From: Candidatus Iainarchaeum sp.
GTDB taxonomy: Archaea; Iainarchaeota; Iainarchaeia; Iainarchaeales; JAZDEL01
DNA length: 32,000 nt
Direction of reading: 5' to 3'
Assembly (NCBI GenBank): GCA_043808785.1
Contig: JAZDEL010000006.1
Span: forward strand, 60,001 to 92,000
The notes under the pieces were generated by a model that saw only the letters and a list, made by a program, of their open reading frames with translations, was not told where the DNA came from and ran no database searches. The position numbers and the translations under genes are program-made. Shown piece by piece: positions 1 through 6,693 of the stretch. Position 1 is the first letter of the stretch; every line of letters begins with the position of its first letter.

Positions 1-292
1 TGCCTGCGTGCACACAACAATGTACGGCTTGAGGCTGCAGGATGAGATTAAGCGGATAAGGAAGCGCGGGAAAGTGCTGTTAATACTCGGCTCGCAGAAG
101 GTGGAGAGGGCGGTTTATGAAATGGCGGATTTCAATGTGGCGATAACATCGCAGCCGCACTCGGAGATTGCCGCGCTTGCGGTTTTCCTGCACGAATATT
201 TTCAGGGAAAGGGGCTTGGGCTTGAATTCAAAGGCGCGAAAACTAAGATAACGCCGGAAGCGCACGGGAAGAATGTGAGGAAGGCGAATTAA
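1..292 (+). CDS. trm56: tRNA (cytidine56-2'-O)-methyltransferase aTrm56, C-terminal part (5' end lies outside the window)
   Basis: The reading frame is open from the window edge (frame 2). VHTTMYGL...QKVERAVYEMADFNVAITSQPHSEIAALAVFL...FKGAKTKITP matches the conserved C-terminal SPOUT half of archaeal aTrm56. Confidence 0.8.
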   Translation, partial: ACVHTTMYGLRLQDEIKRIRKRGKVLLILGSQKVERAVYEMADFNVAITSQPHSEIAALAVFLHEYFQGKGLGLEFKGAKTKITPEAHGKNVRKAN

Positions 293-295
293 CCC

Positions 296-697
296 TTAGC
301 GAGCCATTAAACGGATGAGCTCCTTTTTCCCGCCTGAGAGCTTCACCAAAGCGCGCGTGAGTTCTGGATCAAAATGCCACTCGGCTCTCTCCCGCAGCGC
401 ACCGAGGCGGCTGTTTAGTTGCAGTTCACTCTTCGCGGCATTTATCTCTTTAGCCAGACGCCTGGCAAACTCAAGTTCTTCCTTGTCCACGGGCCAGTCA
501 TGCCTCTTTGGCACAGCATGCTTGCCGCGTTTCAGTTTGTTGTCTCTTTGCACTAGCAGGCGGAGTACGTCTGTGTGCAGCTCATGATAAACGCGCTGCT
601 TCTCAGCCTCATTTCTCAGGGCTTTACGAGAATAATAGTTGGTCTTTAGTTTTATAATTGCTTTTTTAAGCCCCACACAAACCACCCATTTTGGCAC
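296..697 (-). CDS. hypothetical helical protein (GTG start, MPKW...)
   Basis: 133-aa ORF with a plausible charged, helical composition. The overlapping plus-strand ORF is low-complexity. No family was recognised. The start region is part of an 18-nt sequence repeated at 18673-18690. Confidence 0.45.
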   Translation of the reverse strand: MPKWVVCVGLKKAIIKLKTNYYSRKALRNEAEKQRVYHELHTDVLRLLVQRDNKLKRGKHAVPKRHDWPVDKEELEFARRLAKEINAAKSELQLNSRLGALRERAEWHFDPELTRALVKLSGGKKELIRLMAR

Positions 698-834
698 GCA
701 ATGCTACCGCTAAAAACAAACGTGGTTTGCATATATAACCGTTGTGCTGCAGTTAATGGCGGCGAAATCGAACGCAAAACGCGTCTTGCGCGCACAAAAA
801 ACGGAAAAATATTTTTCGCGCACGTGTGTAAGTG

Positions 835-842
835 TTTTAAAC
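835..842 (+). promoter_or_regulatory. TATA box (TTTTAAAC) for tfe, leaderless geometry
   Basis: AT-rich octamer centred about 26 nt upstream of the ATG at 864. No Shine-Dalgarno sequence lies between them. Confidence 0.4.
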
Positions 843-863
843 AATTAGCAGGGGAATTATGTC

Positions 864-1397
864 ATGGCGAGGAAGGAACTCTGCGATTTTGTGATTGTGC
901 AAACGTACCTGAGTTCGCTGGCGGGGGAGCACGCAAGCAAACTTGTGAGGATTTGCGGGAGGAAGAGGAAACCCATTACGGACGAGGAGATAGAAAAGAA
1001 GCTCCCGATAAAAATAACCGAGATAAGGACAATACTCAACAGGCTGCATTACTGGGGGATTGCATCATACCAGAAAAGCAGGAACCCGAACACAGGATGG
1101 TATTCGTATTCGTGGGAAATAAAGCCGGACAGGATTTCGGAACTTATAGCGGAGGGGCAGGCGGAGGAGATTGCGAAGATAGAGGCGAAGATAGAGTACG
1201 AGAGGAATTACGCCTTTTTCAGCTGCAAGGGCGGGTGCAATAACGTGCCCTTTGAAATTGCCGCGGAATACGAGTTCAAGTGCCCTGACTGCGGGAAGAC
1301 AATGGAGGCAGTGAATAACGAGAAAAGGGTAAAGGAACTGAAGAAAGGCCTGAAGGACATTGTTGACAGCATTGGGGAGATAAAGAAGCTTGTGTAA
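864..1397 (+). CDS. tfe: transcription factor E, alpha subunit (TFIIE-alpha homologue)
   Basis: N-terminal winged helix (ITDEEIEKKLPIKITEIRTILNRLHYWGI) followed by a C-terminal zinc ribbon (FSCKGGC...FKCPDCG). Size and domain order are typical of archaeal TFE. Confidence 0.8.
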   Translation: MARKELCDFVIVQTYLSSLAGEHASKLVRICGRKRKPITDEEIEKKLPIKITEIRTILNRLHYWGIASYQKSRNPNTGWYSYSWEIKPDRISELIAEGQAEEIAKIEAKIEYERNYAFFSCKGGCNNVPFEIAAEYEFKCPDCGKTMEAVNNEKRVKELKKGLKDIVDSIGEIKKLV

Positions 1398-1578
1398 GCG
1401 CGCGGGCGGGGCAAGCTGTGGTTGCGGGCATCAGTTGGCATTTAACCAGAAGGCAAAATAACACACATTGTTGGACAAACGGCACAATTTGCAAAGGGAA
1501 CAATAATTAACCCGATAACGTTATTTTGTTTGCTTTCCGAAAGGTAATTAAACAGATGAATATGATAAGTTAAGTTAC

Positions 1579-1665
1579 AGCGGGGTAGGGCAGCCTGGAG
1601 TGCCCGTCGGGCTCATATTCCATGGGGAAACCCGAAGGTCGAAGGTTCAAATCCTTCCCCCGCTA
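1579..1665 (+). tRNA. tRNA-Met (anticodon CAT), initiator-type, with a ~12-nt intron at the canonical 37/38 position (about 1618-1629); no encoded CCA
   Basis: Hand-folded cloverleaf:
- acceptor AGCGGGG/CCCCGCT (A1:U72)
- D stem GGGC/GCCC
- anticodon stem TCGGG/CCCGA (three G:C pairs at 29-31:39-41)
- loop CTCATA|intron|A
- variable region AGGTC
- T arm GAAGG-TTCAAAT-CCTTC
- discriminator A
The intron ATG can pair with the CAT anticodon. Confidence 0.85.
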
Positions 1666-2156
1666 TGTTTACTTTCGCCCCTTTTAAGCGAAAGGCTTGT
1701 TTTAAGGCACGCACTTGGCTCCTGCGAGGCGGGCGGCTTGCTATGCACAGGGAGGGGGCTAAATTCGCGTACGCACTTCCGGCAAGGCGGGGCAAACCCA
1801 CCTTTTTCACTCACACACTTTTTGGGCCTGCCAGCGCAAAGCCTGATGCGTGCACTCACTTGCCGGCAAGCTAACCCGCAGCATTGCTTACTCTCGCTCA
1901 CTTATTGGCGCACTTGGCCAAAAGAGGCTTAAAATCAACTCACTTTTCACTTAAGGCGCGCAAGGTTACTTCTGCGGGCCTGTTTTTAGGCGAAAAATCA
2001 CTCACTTTTTGCAACGGTTTTGCACTGTTTTTGGGCTTTTTTGGTTTAAATGGCTTGAAATACGGCAATTGACTATAAAATGGCAGTAATTAATGGTAAT
2101 TACCGTAAATAATTTAGGTAAATACAGTCATTATAGTAAATAATTTAAGTAGATAG
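1666..2156. repeat. repeat-rich non-coding region: CTCACTT iterations followed by an AT-rich segment with direct repeats
   Basis: CTCACTT occurs at 1855, 1897, 1939 and 2001, with a CTCACAC variant at 1810 (spacings 45, 42, 42, 62 bp). GCACTTGGC, CCGGCAAG and CACT(G)TTTTTGGGC each occur twice. GTAAATAATTTA occurs at 2105-2116 and 2136-2147, and GGTAATTACC forms a palindrome. Only short, mutually overlapping ORFs are present. Confidence 0.6.
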
Positions 2157-2174
2157 GTGCAACTAGATAGCGTT

Positions 2175-2624
2175 ATGCTCAAAGGATTTGTGCGCGGAAT
2201 AATGGGCGCGCTGCTGAAAGTGGCAAACTGGGCCAGCACAGAGGGCAAGGCACCTGCTGAAGAGACTATTTATGAGCGCCAGAAGGGCGAACCTGCTTCC
2301 GAAGAGGTGCACAGCATCTGGGATTACCTGGAGTTTGCGGAAAACAGCCAGGCATTCCACCTTGTGGGAGTTGTGGGGTTTGAGGAATGGGTGGATATGG
2401 CGGAGATAAAGAGGAGGATAGCGGAGATTTACAAAATCGAGTATAAGAACGACCGCAGCCTTTATCCATACATAAAGACGCTTACTGACGCGGGCCTGTT
2501 TGAAACAACGAGTGCGGGGGGCAGGAGGAAGTGGAGGAAGCGCGACCTTGTGATTAAGCTCAAAGGGAGCATCAAAAAAGAGGCTTTGGTGCGGCAGGCT
2601 GAAAAGGCACAAAGGAGGGAATAG
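2175..2624 (+). CDS. hypothetical protein with a probable C-terminal winged-helix domain (alternative GTG start at 2157)
   Basis: The ORF is immediately followed by the next ATG (TAGATG junction). The segment EIKRRIAEIYKIEYKNDRSLYPYIKTLTDAGLFETTSAGGRRKWRK looks wHTH-like. No family was recognised. Confidence 0.5.
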   Translation: MLKGFVRGIMGALLKVANWASTEGKAPAEETIYERQKGEPASEEVHSIWDYLEFAENSQAFHLVGVVGFEEWVDMAEIKRRIAEIYKIEYKNDRSLYPYIKTLTDAGLFETTSAGGRRKWRKRDLVIKLKGSIKKEALVRQAEKAQRRE

Positions 2625-3203
2625 ATGCCTGCAAGCGGCATGGAACGGCAACCAAAAATAGGGGCGAAATCACGTGGCTTCCCGGCAGATTCTGAAGCAA
2701 TAACGCGAAAGCGCAAGCCAAAACAAGCAGCTGGCAGGCTACAGGGGCAGTCAGGCGTGATAGAAAGAGTAGAAAGCAGCTATGGCCTGCCAAACGAAAC
2801 AATAAGGCGGCTGCAGAACCTGCTGTTCAAGCGGGAACGAATTCCTGGGGGGTGTGTAAAAAAGGTCAGGCTGCTCCGCCGTTACTTCCACATAGGGCAG
2901 CCCGGCCAGGGTTCGCATTTCAGCAGGCTGCTGCCAGGAACCGGGGTTTGGGTGACGAACAGCAAGGGGCGGAAAACTGAGAATTATTTAGGGGTTATGG
3001 GGAAGGGGAACACCCATGTTGCGGCGCTCCGTCGCAAAGAGCCGAGCGGAGAGTGGGTTAAGACTGGGCCCAAAACGTTTGAAATTGATGAGTTTTCCCC
3101 GACAGACAATATGGCCGAATCGTATGTTACTAGCCAGCCCGGGCTTTATGCTTGGGTCGCAGGAATTAAGGTCGGCCCGCGCTGGCTCGGCAGGCTTGTT
3201 TGA
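2625..3203 (+). CDS. hypothetical protein
   Basis: 192-aa ORF directly abutting the upstream ORF (TAGATG junction). No recognisable motif. Confidence 0.45.
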   Translation: MPASGMERQPKIGAKSRGFPADSEAITRKRKPKQAAGRLQGQSGVIERVESSYGLPNETIRRLQNLLFKRERIPGGCVKKVRLLRRYFHIGQPGQGSHFSRLLPGTGVWVTNSKGRKTENYLGVMGKGNTHVAALRRKEPSGEWVKTGPKTFEIDEFSPTDNMAESYVTSQPGLYAWVAGIKVGPRWLGRLV

Positions 3204-3215
3204 GAATAAAACAGC

Positions 3216-3262
3216 ACTTCTACATAACTATGCAGGCGGCACCCTAGTTTCGTTGCTCCCTT
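3216..3262 (+). repeat. bipartite repeat, copy A (ACTTCTACATAAC ... GCTCCCTT)
   Basis: Box 1 is at 3216-3228 (13/13) and box 2 at 3255-3262 (8/8). The box 1 end to box 2 end distance is 34 nt. An imperfect hairpin pairs aggcggca with tgctccct. The element starts 12 nt after the stop of 2625..3203. Confidence 0.8.
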
Positions 3263-3296
3263 AGAATTACGGCTTAAAGGGGCTGAAAATTAGGGC

Positions 3297-3905
3297 TTAC
3301 CCCTTCATTGCCCTATACATCTTGTAGAATTCCGCAAGGCGCGGGGACGAGGAATAAGACTCCTTGAACCAGCCGCCGTTCACTACCTTGTCGGCGCGCT
3401 CCACAAGCAGTTTCTTGTACTGGGCATCGACATTCTGCCCTGCAGCGACCGCCTTTGCAATTGCCTGCATCTCGGAGTGCAATGATTCGGGAGCGCCGGA
3501 TTTTGAAGTAACATGCTGGCGCTCGAGCAGGGCCTCAAGCGAGGAAACAACCTCCTTATCGGAGAGGGTTTTTTCATCCATGTAATAAACCGCTTTCCAG
3601 TCCCCCTTGCCCCTCCAGAAGTGGCTCGGGTTCTTGCCTGTTTTGAAGAAGGTTGTCAGGCTGTTGAAGCCGCCCTGAGGGATAATTACGCAGTTCTTTC
3701 CCGGGCGCATATAGGGCACGCCTGAAAGCACGCCGTTCCTGTGGTAATGGTAGGTTTTGCCGTTGGATTTGGTGACGTTTTGAGTATAGCCGTAGATTGC
3801 GCGGAAGAGCTTCTGGTATGTATATGAGGAGTGCTTCACGGAATCGGGAAGAATGAACTTATATTGAATGAAATAACCTTTCAGTGCCACCAAGCAGACC
3901 CCCAC
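3297..3905 (-). CDS. hypothetical protein (start uncertain; GTG at 3905)
   Basis: 202-aa ORF with ordinary globular composition. No family was recognised from the sequence. Confidence 0.5.
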   Translation of the reverse strand: MGVCLVALKGYFIQYKFILPDSVKHSSYTYQKLFRAIYGYTQNVTKSNGKTYHYHRNGVLSGVPYMRPGKNCVIIPQGGFNSLTTFFKTGKNPSHFWRGKGDWKAVYYMDEKTLSDKEVVSSLEALLERQHVTSKSGAPESLHSEMQAIAKAVAAGQNVDAQYKKLLVERADKVVNGGWFKESYSSSPRLAEFYKMYRAMKG

Positions 3906-3944
3906 ACTTCCACTACTAACATAACTCTATCAAACTGAACTTGC

Positions 3945-3967
3945 TTATGTATAAGGATAATACATAA
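3945..3967. repeat. perfect inverted repeat TTATGTAT-aaggata-ATACATAA (box 1 core palindrome)
   Basis: 8-bp arms at 3945-3952 and 3960-3967 with a 7-bp spacer. The architecture matches 18571-18595. Confidence 0.7.
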
Positions 3968-4223
3968 ATACTATTATTTGGCACTAAACCTTTTTAAACA
4001 TATTTTGCGCGCGGGCGCGCGCAGGGAGCAATTGAAAACGCGTTTTTTGCGGTTGGCCGCGAAGGGAGCAACAAAATGCCGGGGGTTGCCTGCATGGTTT
4101 GCGCCGGATTTGAAAGAATCAGTAGCCGCGCCCGCGAAATGTACGGGCGCGTGCCAATAACCCTGCGAGTTTGTTTGGCGGGCGAAAATATCCGCGTCGC
4201 GCCCGCCCAAAAACGCGAAAACC

Positions 4224-4493
4224 TCAGTAACCCTGCGGACCCGGCTCTTCAGTAACCCTGCCGCCCGATACAAGGATTATGTCTTTTGTTGCCTTGACTG
4301 TCTTGTATGGTATGCTCTTTTCGCTTATGATTTTCTTCGCTTCCTGCTTTGTCTTTGCCCTGAGTGCCTCGGTTGTTATTGTTTCTACCCTGCCTTTCTC
4401 AAGGTTTATGACCAGGTCGAAGACCTTGCCCTTGTATTCGGCGCCTGTAGTGTAGATGTCCATGCCGAAGAGTTTAGATAATCTCATTGTCAT
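4224..4493 (-). CDS. PRC-barrel domain protein (small)
   Basis: The ATG at 4493 (MTMRLSKLFGMDIYTTGAEYKGKVFDLVINLEKGRVETI...) fits the archaeal PRC-barrel pattern. A GGGGTGG Shine-Dalgarno-like sequence lies 7-8 nt upstream. The 121 aa upstream in the tracked ORF look non-coding. Confidence 0.55.
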   Translation of the reverse strand: MTMRLSKLFGMDIYTTGAEYKGKVFDLVINLEKGRVETITTEALRAKTKQEAKKIISEKSIPYKTVKATKDIILVSGGRVTEEPGPQGY

Positions 4494-4849
4494 TTTTTCC
4501 ACCCCAAATTTTGGATCCAAAATTATTGGATTATTCTTGTTTATAATAAGCCCGCAGAAATATATAAATGTTTTGGTGCGTTCGGGGATATTTAATAGAT
4601 GCGGTTTGAGGTGCTTTTGGCAGGGTTCTGCGGCGGTTATACATAACCCTCGCGCAAAGGGGGCGATGTTTTTTAAGTTCCTGCGCAAGGGAGTAAGGAA
4701 TATACATAACCCTTCAAACGCCGAAACGCGTGGTTTTTTGGGGTTTGGTGCCCGAATTAGGCAAACCCCGCAGGAGGGGGCGCGGTGCCAAAGTCCCTGC
4801 TGCCAAAGCAATGCCGCAGTAGTGGAACCATGGGGGCGGCAACAGCAGC

Positions 4850-5185
4850 TCACCCTTCTTTGTATTTGCGTCTGTCTCCCTTGTAAATGCTGTGTCGCCT
4901 GCCTTGGTATCTAACTGGCTTTTTCTTCGGGGCGGGTTTGACTATTTTGAGTGAAGGCGTTTTACGTATCTTTCCAGTTGGTCTAAAAGCCAAGCCAGTA
5001 GGGCTGTGACCAGCGCGACCAAACAATCCGGCTCGTTCGAAGGGGCGCCACCGTCGTTTCCCACCGCTCCTTGTTCCAAACCCCGGAAGGTCTGGCGGAC
5101 CTTCAATCAGCCAGTTCCCCTTCTTCGCGCGTTCAATATTTTTTTTGAGCAAATTCACATTTGACATGCGTTTCTTGTTAATCAT
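4850..5185 (-). CDS. hypothetical very basic protein
   Basis: 111-aa Lys/Arg/Gly/Pro-rich ORF. An AT-rich TATA-like block (reverse complement of 5222-5236) lies upstream. No family was recognised. Confidence 0.35.
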   Translation of the reverse strand: MINKKRMSNVNLLKKNIERAKKGNWLIEGPPDLPGFGTRSGGKRRWRPFERAGLFGRAGHSPTGLAFRPTGKIRKTPSLKIVKPAPKKKPVRYQGRRHSIYKGDRRKYKEG

Positions 5186-5269
5186 TCAACCCCCCCTGCA
5201 GTTGCCGCCATAATTGACGCTTTTTTAATATATAACTCTTTCCTTCACAATTTGCATTTTGCAGGCCGC

Positions 5270-6346
5270 TTACAGCGAATCCAGCGGGCTTTTGACCTTC
5301 TTCAGTTCATCCGTCGAAACCTGCGTATAAATCTGCGTTGTGTTCAGGTTGCTGTGCCCTAAAAGCTCCTGGATTTTCCTTATGTTTTCCCCTGCCTCGA
5401 GGAGGTGCGTTGCGAAGGAGTGCCGCAGCGTGTGCGGCGTTACGTGCCTCTTTATTTCCGCTTTTTCCGCGGCTTCGCGGATTATCCTCTGCATTGTGTC
5501 TGAGGAGAGCTGCTTGCCGTTCTTCTTTGAAAAGAGGAACTCGCTCTGCACCTTTTTCTTTTTGAGGTATTTTTTTATGCCCGAAGTCCAGTCTTTTGAA
5601 AGTATAACGACGCGGTCCTTGTTTCCTTTGCCCCCTTTTACGCGCGCAATGCCCTCGTGCAGGTCTGCGTCCGCGGTGCGCATTTTTACGAGTTCGCTTA
5701 CGCGCAGGCCTGAGGAGTAAAGGAGCTCTACCATCAGCCTGTTCCTGCCGTGCTTTGTTGCCTTGATCAGCGCCCTTACCTCGTCCTGTGAAAGCACTGT
5801 TGGCAGTTTTTTCGCCTTTTTCGGGGATTTTATCTCATCGAGGATTTTCAGGCGCAGGAAGTTGTGGAAGAAGAATTTAAGGGCGGCGTGAACAAGCGCA
5901 AGGGTCGCGTTCGTGGAGTTTCTCTCTGATTTCATGTGTGCAAGGAATGCCACAACATCCTCGCGCGCGCAGGACTGTGCCGGCTTGCTGCTGTGCTCGA
6001 GAAAGGCCTTTGCGTACATGGAGTACATTTCAAGCGTGCGCTTGCTGTAGCCTGTAACCGTTAATTCCTGCTGGAAGCGCCTGAGGAGTTCGGCGTTCTC
6101 AGGGAGCAGAACTTTCGCTGTAGGTGATATTGGGGTTGGGTGTGCTGCGGGAGAAGTGGCACTAACCGCGGCTGCTGGTGTTCTGGCGCCTTCTAACCCC
6201 GCTACGCCTCCTTCCTCTTTTGCGGCATAATCATTTGCCATGCTACCATATTGGTTGAAGTCGTTAATATTCGTTTCCGCACCGTGCGTAACTCGGCAGA
6301 GCGCACTGCAATTAGGGCAAACACAAACCTTTTTTAATTTTCCCAA
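5270..6346 (-). CDS. tyrosine recombinase, XerA/XerC/D-like, with an N-terminal extension (TTG start at 6346; first ATG at 6241)
   Basis: The SAM-like N domain (LLRRFQQELTVTGYSKRTLEMYSMYAKAFLEH) is followed by a catalytic domain. Catalytic residues: Arg (SGLRVSEL), HTLRHSFATHLL (H-x-x-R...H) and LGHSNLNTTQIYTQV (Tyr). Confidence 0.85.
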   Translation of the reverse strand: MGKLKKVCVCPNCSALCRVTHGAETNINDFNQYGSMANDYAAKEEGGVAGLEGARTPAAAVSATSPAAHPTPISPTAKVLLPENAELLRRFQQELTVTGYSKRTLEMYSMYAKAFLEHSSKPAQSCAREDVVAFLAHMKSERNSTNATLALVHAALKFFFHNFLRLKILDEIKSPKKAKKLPTVLSQDEVRALIKATKHGRNRLMVELLYSSGLRVSELVKMRTADADLHEGIARVKGGKGNKDRVVILSKDWTSGIKKYLKKKKVQSEFLFSKKNGKQLSSDTMQRIIREAAEKAEIKRHVTPHTLRHSFATHLLEAGENIRKIQELLGHSNLNTTQIYTQVSTDELKKVKSPLDSL

Positions 6347-6354
6347 ACGCGGGC

Positions 6355-6366
6355 AAATTTATTAAA
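6355..6366 (+). promoter_or_regulatory. TATA box (AAATTTATTAAA) for the small ORF at 6390
   Basis: Centred about 29 nt upstream of the ATG at 6390. The start context is GATTTATG. Confidence 0.4.
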
Positions 6367-6389
6367 GCCTTACTAATCACAACTGATTT

Positions 6390-6584
6390 ATGCTTGGAAG
6401 GAAAAAAGCCGAAGGAAGGCCGATAAAGGAGAAGGCTGAGGACAAAATCTGGCGCTCGGAGTTCGAGCAGATGTCCCTTAAAGAGCACGACGCAAAGCTT
6501 GCACAGCTCGGGCTGGATGACGAGGATATAGAGGAATTCAACGGAAAGTTTGCGGGCAAGGCGGAGAAGAAGGGGAAGAAGTAA
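6390..6584 (+). CDS. small charged hypothetical protein (64 aa)
   Basis: ATG with leaderless promoter geometry and a Lys/Glu-rich sequence. A hairpin plus T-tract lies downstream. Confidence 0.5.
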   Translation: MLGRKKAEGRPIKEKAEDKIWRSEFEQMSLKEHDAKLAQLGLDDEDIEEFNGKFAGKAEKKGKK

Positions 6585-6625
6585 GGCGCCCTAAAAAACA
6601 AACAAAAACCGCTCGCGGTTAGCGC

Positions 6626-6657
6626 GAACCAGCGGTTCTGTTTTCGGGTTTGTTTTT
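6626..6657 (+). terminator. putative terminator: GAACC-agc-GGTTC hairpin followed by a T-rich tract
   Basis: 5-bp stem at 6626-6638, then TGTTTTCGGGTTTGTTTTT, downstream of the stop at 6584. Confidence 0.4.
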
Positions 6658-6662
6658 ATTGC

Positions 6663-6671
6663 ATTTTTATT
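6663..6671 (+). promoter_or_regulatory. TATA box (ATTTTTATT) for the HAD hydrolase gene
   Basis: Centred about 27 nt upstream of the ATG at 6694. The start context is GATTTATG. Confidence 0.4.
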
Positions 6672-6693
6672 CCTTTTCATCTCCAATTGATTT

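Noticed and set aside
286-327. Possible degenerate seventh copy of the bipartite repeat after trm56 (GAATTAAC ... GCTCCTT at roughly the right spacing).
   Set aside because: Box 1 shares only TAAC, box 2 lacks a C, and the stretch lies inside the 3' end of the convergent ORF 296..697. It is indistinguishable from chance.
1666-2050. The CTCACTT repeat region as a degenerate CRISPR array.
   Set aside because: The repeat cores are only 7-9 nt, spacing is irregular beyond two 42-bp intervals, the flanking units are not conserved, and no cas genes are in the window.
3974-4273. ORFs 3974..4273 (-) and 3978..4160 (+) in the non-coding gap downstream of the PRC-barrel gene.
   Set aside because: They overlap each other and the GC hairpins. 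They use weak starts and have Ala/Arg/Gly-biased composition driven by GC-rich palindromes. There is no support for coding.
1640-6400. att direct repeats of the tRNA-Met 3' end that would delimit an integrated element.
   Set aside because: I could not find any second copy of the tRNA 3' half (GGTTCAAATCCTTCCCCCGCT or sub-strings of 10 nt or more) near the recombinase or elsewhere in the window. Integration therefore remains a hypothesis only.
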